A stretch of 63,347 bases of DNA, filler included, from Olpidium bornovanus S191 (Eukaryota; Fungi; Olpidiomycota): NCBI GenBank assembly GCA_017911155.1. It is 30 parts of 30 records of this genome, joined end to end, with 100 filler letters (N's around TTAATTAATTAA, not from the genome) between each part and the next. Parts side by side here need not be neighbours in the genome. Positions count along the whole stretch, not along the records: positions 60,363 to 61,522 come from JAEFCI010011898.1; positions 61,623 to 63,347 come from JAEFCI010012957.1; 28 more parts are not named here. One strand, written 5' to 3'. The notes below the pieces were generated by a model that ran no database searches, had not been told where the DNA came from, and saw only the letters and a program-made list of their open reading frames with translations. The stretch's first letter is position 1; each line of letters begins with the position of its first letter. Positions 60,263 to 63,347 of this stretch are shown here, in pieces. A program made the position numbers and the translations under genes.

Positions 60263-61753
60263 NNNNNNNNNNNNNNNNNNNNNNNNNNNNNNNNNNNNNN
60301 NNNNNNTTAATTAATTAANNNNNNNNNNNNNNNNNNNNNNNNNNNNNNNNNNNNNNNNNNNNCATGAAATCAGGAAAGCATTTGCGGAAAAGGAACTATA
60401 TAAGTTGGCGGCGGTGGTTAATGGTGTTTGAATGGCACTGGAGCAACTCGCGTTTTTCTGTTATGACGAGGCGGAGGCGGGCGAGAGACGGCGGCGAAGG
60501 CAACGGTTAGAAAAGAAAGGAGGGGGGGGAAAAAAGAAAAAGGAAAAAAAAATGAAAAAAAATAAAATAAATGCATCCGGTGACTTCAAAGCGAGGGAAG
60601 AGGGCAGCAAGGCGGCGCGGTTTTCCGGATTTCGTCGTTTTTGGAAGTTTGTGTTCACAGAGCGTCCCCATACGTACCGCCACGGCCACCCAGGTTTCCT
60701 ACCACGACGGCGGCACATCTCGTCTCTGTCGTGCAGGAGCCGCCCATCCATCACGTCACGACCGTTAGACCTCTGGCGTGTGGAAATCGCTCACCTTGGA
60801 TGTGCCGATCTTCGCTGGGGCTGGGGCGTTGGTTGCTGGCCCTGACTCCCTCACCTGTTTTGCACCCAACCAGCCAGTTAGAGATCTCCGCGACGACTCA
60901 GCACGCTGCGAAGACGAGAGGGGCCGGGGATCAACAGAAAATAAAAGTCACAAGAAACTTTACGGGGACTGAAAACTGGACCGAAAGGGAACTTAGATTA
61001 CCGGGAACGAACTAGATTAGTATGGTCGGGTATGCGCATGCGGGATATCTATCTGGTTCGCAGAAACCCAAGTCGCAAGCGGGATATGTTTTTTTTCCAG
61101 TGTGATGTAGCTGCGGTCTATGCTGACGGCCACGTCCTCCAGATCCTCGCCCCCGTCGGTCAGAAATCTCTCACGTCGAGGCGCGCCCACCGCCCGGGGT
61201 GGAAGCGGAGGGTGGTGTCTAAAAACGGCAACACGCGCATTTCTGAAAAGGGAACCCATCCCCGTCTTCTGCAGAAACGCATATCCCTTAAACGTCGTGG
61301 GCGAAACAAAAAAAAAAAAGCGAAAAACGCGAAACACTGCCAGCGGCCGTGGTTCCGGAAGCGGCAAGGATAAGGAGACGAACATCAAAGTTGTCGCGCG
61401 CTGCAGGTAAGTTGGGGAGAACAGCCGGCCAGGGCGGAGAGAACGGGAAGTCGCGTCGTCGAAGAGTCCGGGCGGACATATCTTATAATATATGATTCAC
61501 ACAAATATCTTATATTACATGCNNNNNNNNNNNNNNNNNNNNNNNNNNNNNNNNNNNNNNNNNNNNTTAATTAATTAANNNNNNNNNNNNNNNNNNNNNN
61601 NNNNNNNNNNNNNNNNNNNNNNACCAAATAAGGAGCACGCAACTTAAGCGGACATTGTGGACCGGGTTGGACGGAGACTTAGGTTACCTTAGTGGTGACT
61701 GGAGTGAACCGGGAATAAAGTCCTACGTTAATCGGAGACCATGCATCCTGAAT

Positions 61754-62512
61754 TCACTGGTGCCAATCCTCGTGGTGACTTTTGGTATTTTGCCAATACG
61801 CTGTCCAGTTAAAACCTGCTAAAAGGCTCATCGCTTCAACCGTCTCTCTAGCGGCGTCCGCAGCTCGCTTCATCTGCTCCTCCAGACTCGGACCCGTTTC
61901 GTAATCCGCTTTTCTTCGCCGCTTAAATATCTTGACGCGTTTGCCGGGATAGCCAGTCTTGAGGCGCGTCCCACCCAATTCTTCCAGCGCGTAAGTGGCA
62001 GACTCCGGATACAAAGCTACTACTCGGTAAGGACCACTCCACCTGTACTCAAATTTCCTATCGACGCGGTGCGGGTTCCACATCAGCACCCAATCGCCTT
62101 TTTTCAATGGCTCCGCGCCAAGCGGCCATTTTCCGTCGACGTTCTCCTTGGCCTGGTCACGTCCTCGTCGGGTCTCCTCCACCGCCTTCTGGATATGCGA
62201 AGCCCGTCGCTCCAGTTGTTGAATTCAAAAAACTAGGCGCTCCTCCGTAGTCAGATCCTCTCTCCACGGAAGCACACTCCATGATATCACGTTTGGCTCC
62301 ACGGGGAGTGTCATCAAAGCCCCATTCATCAGCTCCGCCGGAGTAAACCCCGTCATCCGCGTAACAGTTGTCCGATCTGTCCACAAGGCAAAAGGTAAAC
62401 GCGAAACCCACTCTTTCGTCTTTCCGTTAGCTGCCTTCTTTGGAGCCCCAAGTAACGTTTGGTGCCCTCTTTCAGCTCTGCCGTTCGCTTCAGGGTTGTA
62501 CGACGTCGTCAA
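61754..62512 (-). mobile_element. Ty3/gypsy integrase C-terminal part, pseudogenised
   Basis: TTSYNPEANGRAERGH (catalytic E), WVSRLPFALWTDRTT...TGFTPAELM, in-frame TGA at 62227-62225, then GDWVL...RWSGPYRV...TYALEELGGT...GKRVKIFK (GPY/F module). Confidence 0.9.
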
Positions 62513-63298
62513 CCGTAACTTGATGTTGAATCACCGAAAAAACTAATCTGCCTCCCTTGCATTCAACTCGCTGCGGATACGATGCGGATTCTTTTTTTTT
62601 TTTGGTCTCCAAGGGGTAGCGGGGGAAAAATGCAAGAGGGAAATCCCAGACGGAAAAAAAGAAAACGCCCGGCCCGGCGCGTTTTGATTTCCGGCTGCGC
62701 GTCGGCAGCGTCGGGGAAAACGGCCTTTTGGCAAGGAGGCGGCGACCGGGTCCGGTCGCTTCCGGAACGTGGCCGCAGGGGAAGAGGATGAGGCGGAGAG
62801 GGGGAGGGGAAGAAACGGCGGCGTTGTAAACGTTTTGTTTGGACCGCGTTTAAAATGTTTTTGCGCTAAGTGGCAAGAAAAAAACTTCTCTTTTTTTGCC
62901 GTGTTACGCTTTCTGTGCGGGCGAGAAGCGGTGGTGGAGGGCCGGGAGGACGAGAGGGAGAAGACGTGGTTTTTTTCCCCATCTAGTCAGTTTTTTTTTT
63001 TCCCGTCCAACCAGTTTTTTTTTTCCCGTCCAGTCAGGATTTTTTTTTTTTTTTTTTGCACGCGCCCGAATGTGCAAAAGCCGTTTCTCATTATGTGAGT
63101 GAGGAATGGAGGAAAAATAAAAAGGCACGCCAAAAATGATCGGGGGTGCCGTTTGTCGGATCCGCAAACTCTTAGCCGAAGCAGAGAGCGCAAAAACGAG
63201 AGAGAGAGAGACAAAAAAAAAGGCTAACCCCAGAAAAGAAAAAAAAAAACTTAACCCCAGAAAAAAAAAGAAACGTGCAATTAGTTTGCGGTGGTGGG

Positions 63299-63337
<39 letters not shown>

Positions 63338-63347
63338 AGGGAGAAAA

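Noticed and set aside
60363-61522. Short ORFs in the penultimate contig
   Set aside because: Low complexity with no motif. Unsupported.
61623-61760. Expected polypurine tract and 3' LTR after the integrase
   Set aside because: No clear PPT or TG...CA boundary is visible before the contig end.

Overview
This window is not one contiguous locus. It is about 30 short contigs (1-5 kb) joined by 29 identical artificial 100-nt spacers (N44-TTAATTAATTAA-N44), so neighbourhood across a spacer means nothing. The DNA is from a GC-rich, intron-rich eukaryote with fungal-type genes and long homopolymer tracts. An early-diverging, possibly zoosporic fungus is my inference. Spliced genes recognised by manual translation, mostly partial: a Cdc15/SepH-family kinase, SCD6/LSM14, a QDE-1-like RNA-dependent RNA polymerase, a signal-peptide + bacterial-type BMP solute-binding domain + kelch-repeat protein, ATG9, a JmjC protein, an IRS4/TAX4-like EH protein, a TspO-like membrane protein, PPZ phosphatase (with a 6-nt micro-exon), URA4, an F-BAR fragment, EAF6, a homeodomain protein C-terminus, RPN14/PAAF1, a PXA-domain protein, CYT1, an ArfGAP-ankyrin protein, CWC25 and TEA4/BUD14. 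There is also a tRNA-Pro(AGG) and decayed Ty1/copia and Ty3/gypsy fragments. The most interesting items are the BMP-kelch receptor-like ectodomain, the PPZ micro-exon, the compact RdRP, and the strong enrichment of CATG at contig ends (21 of 58).
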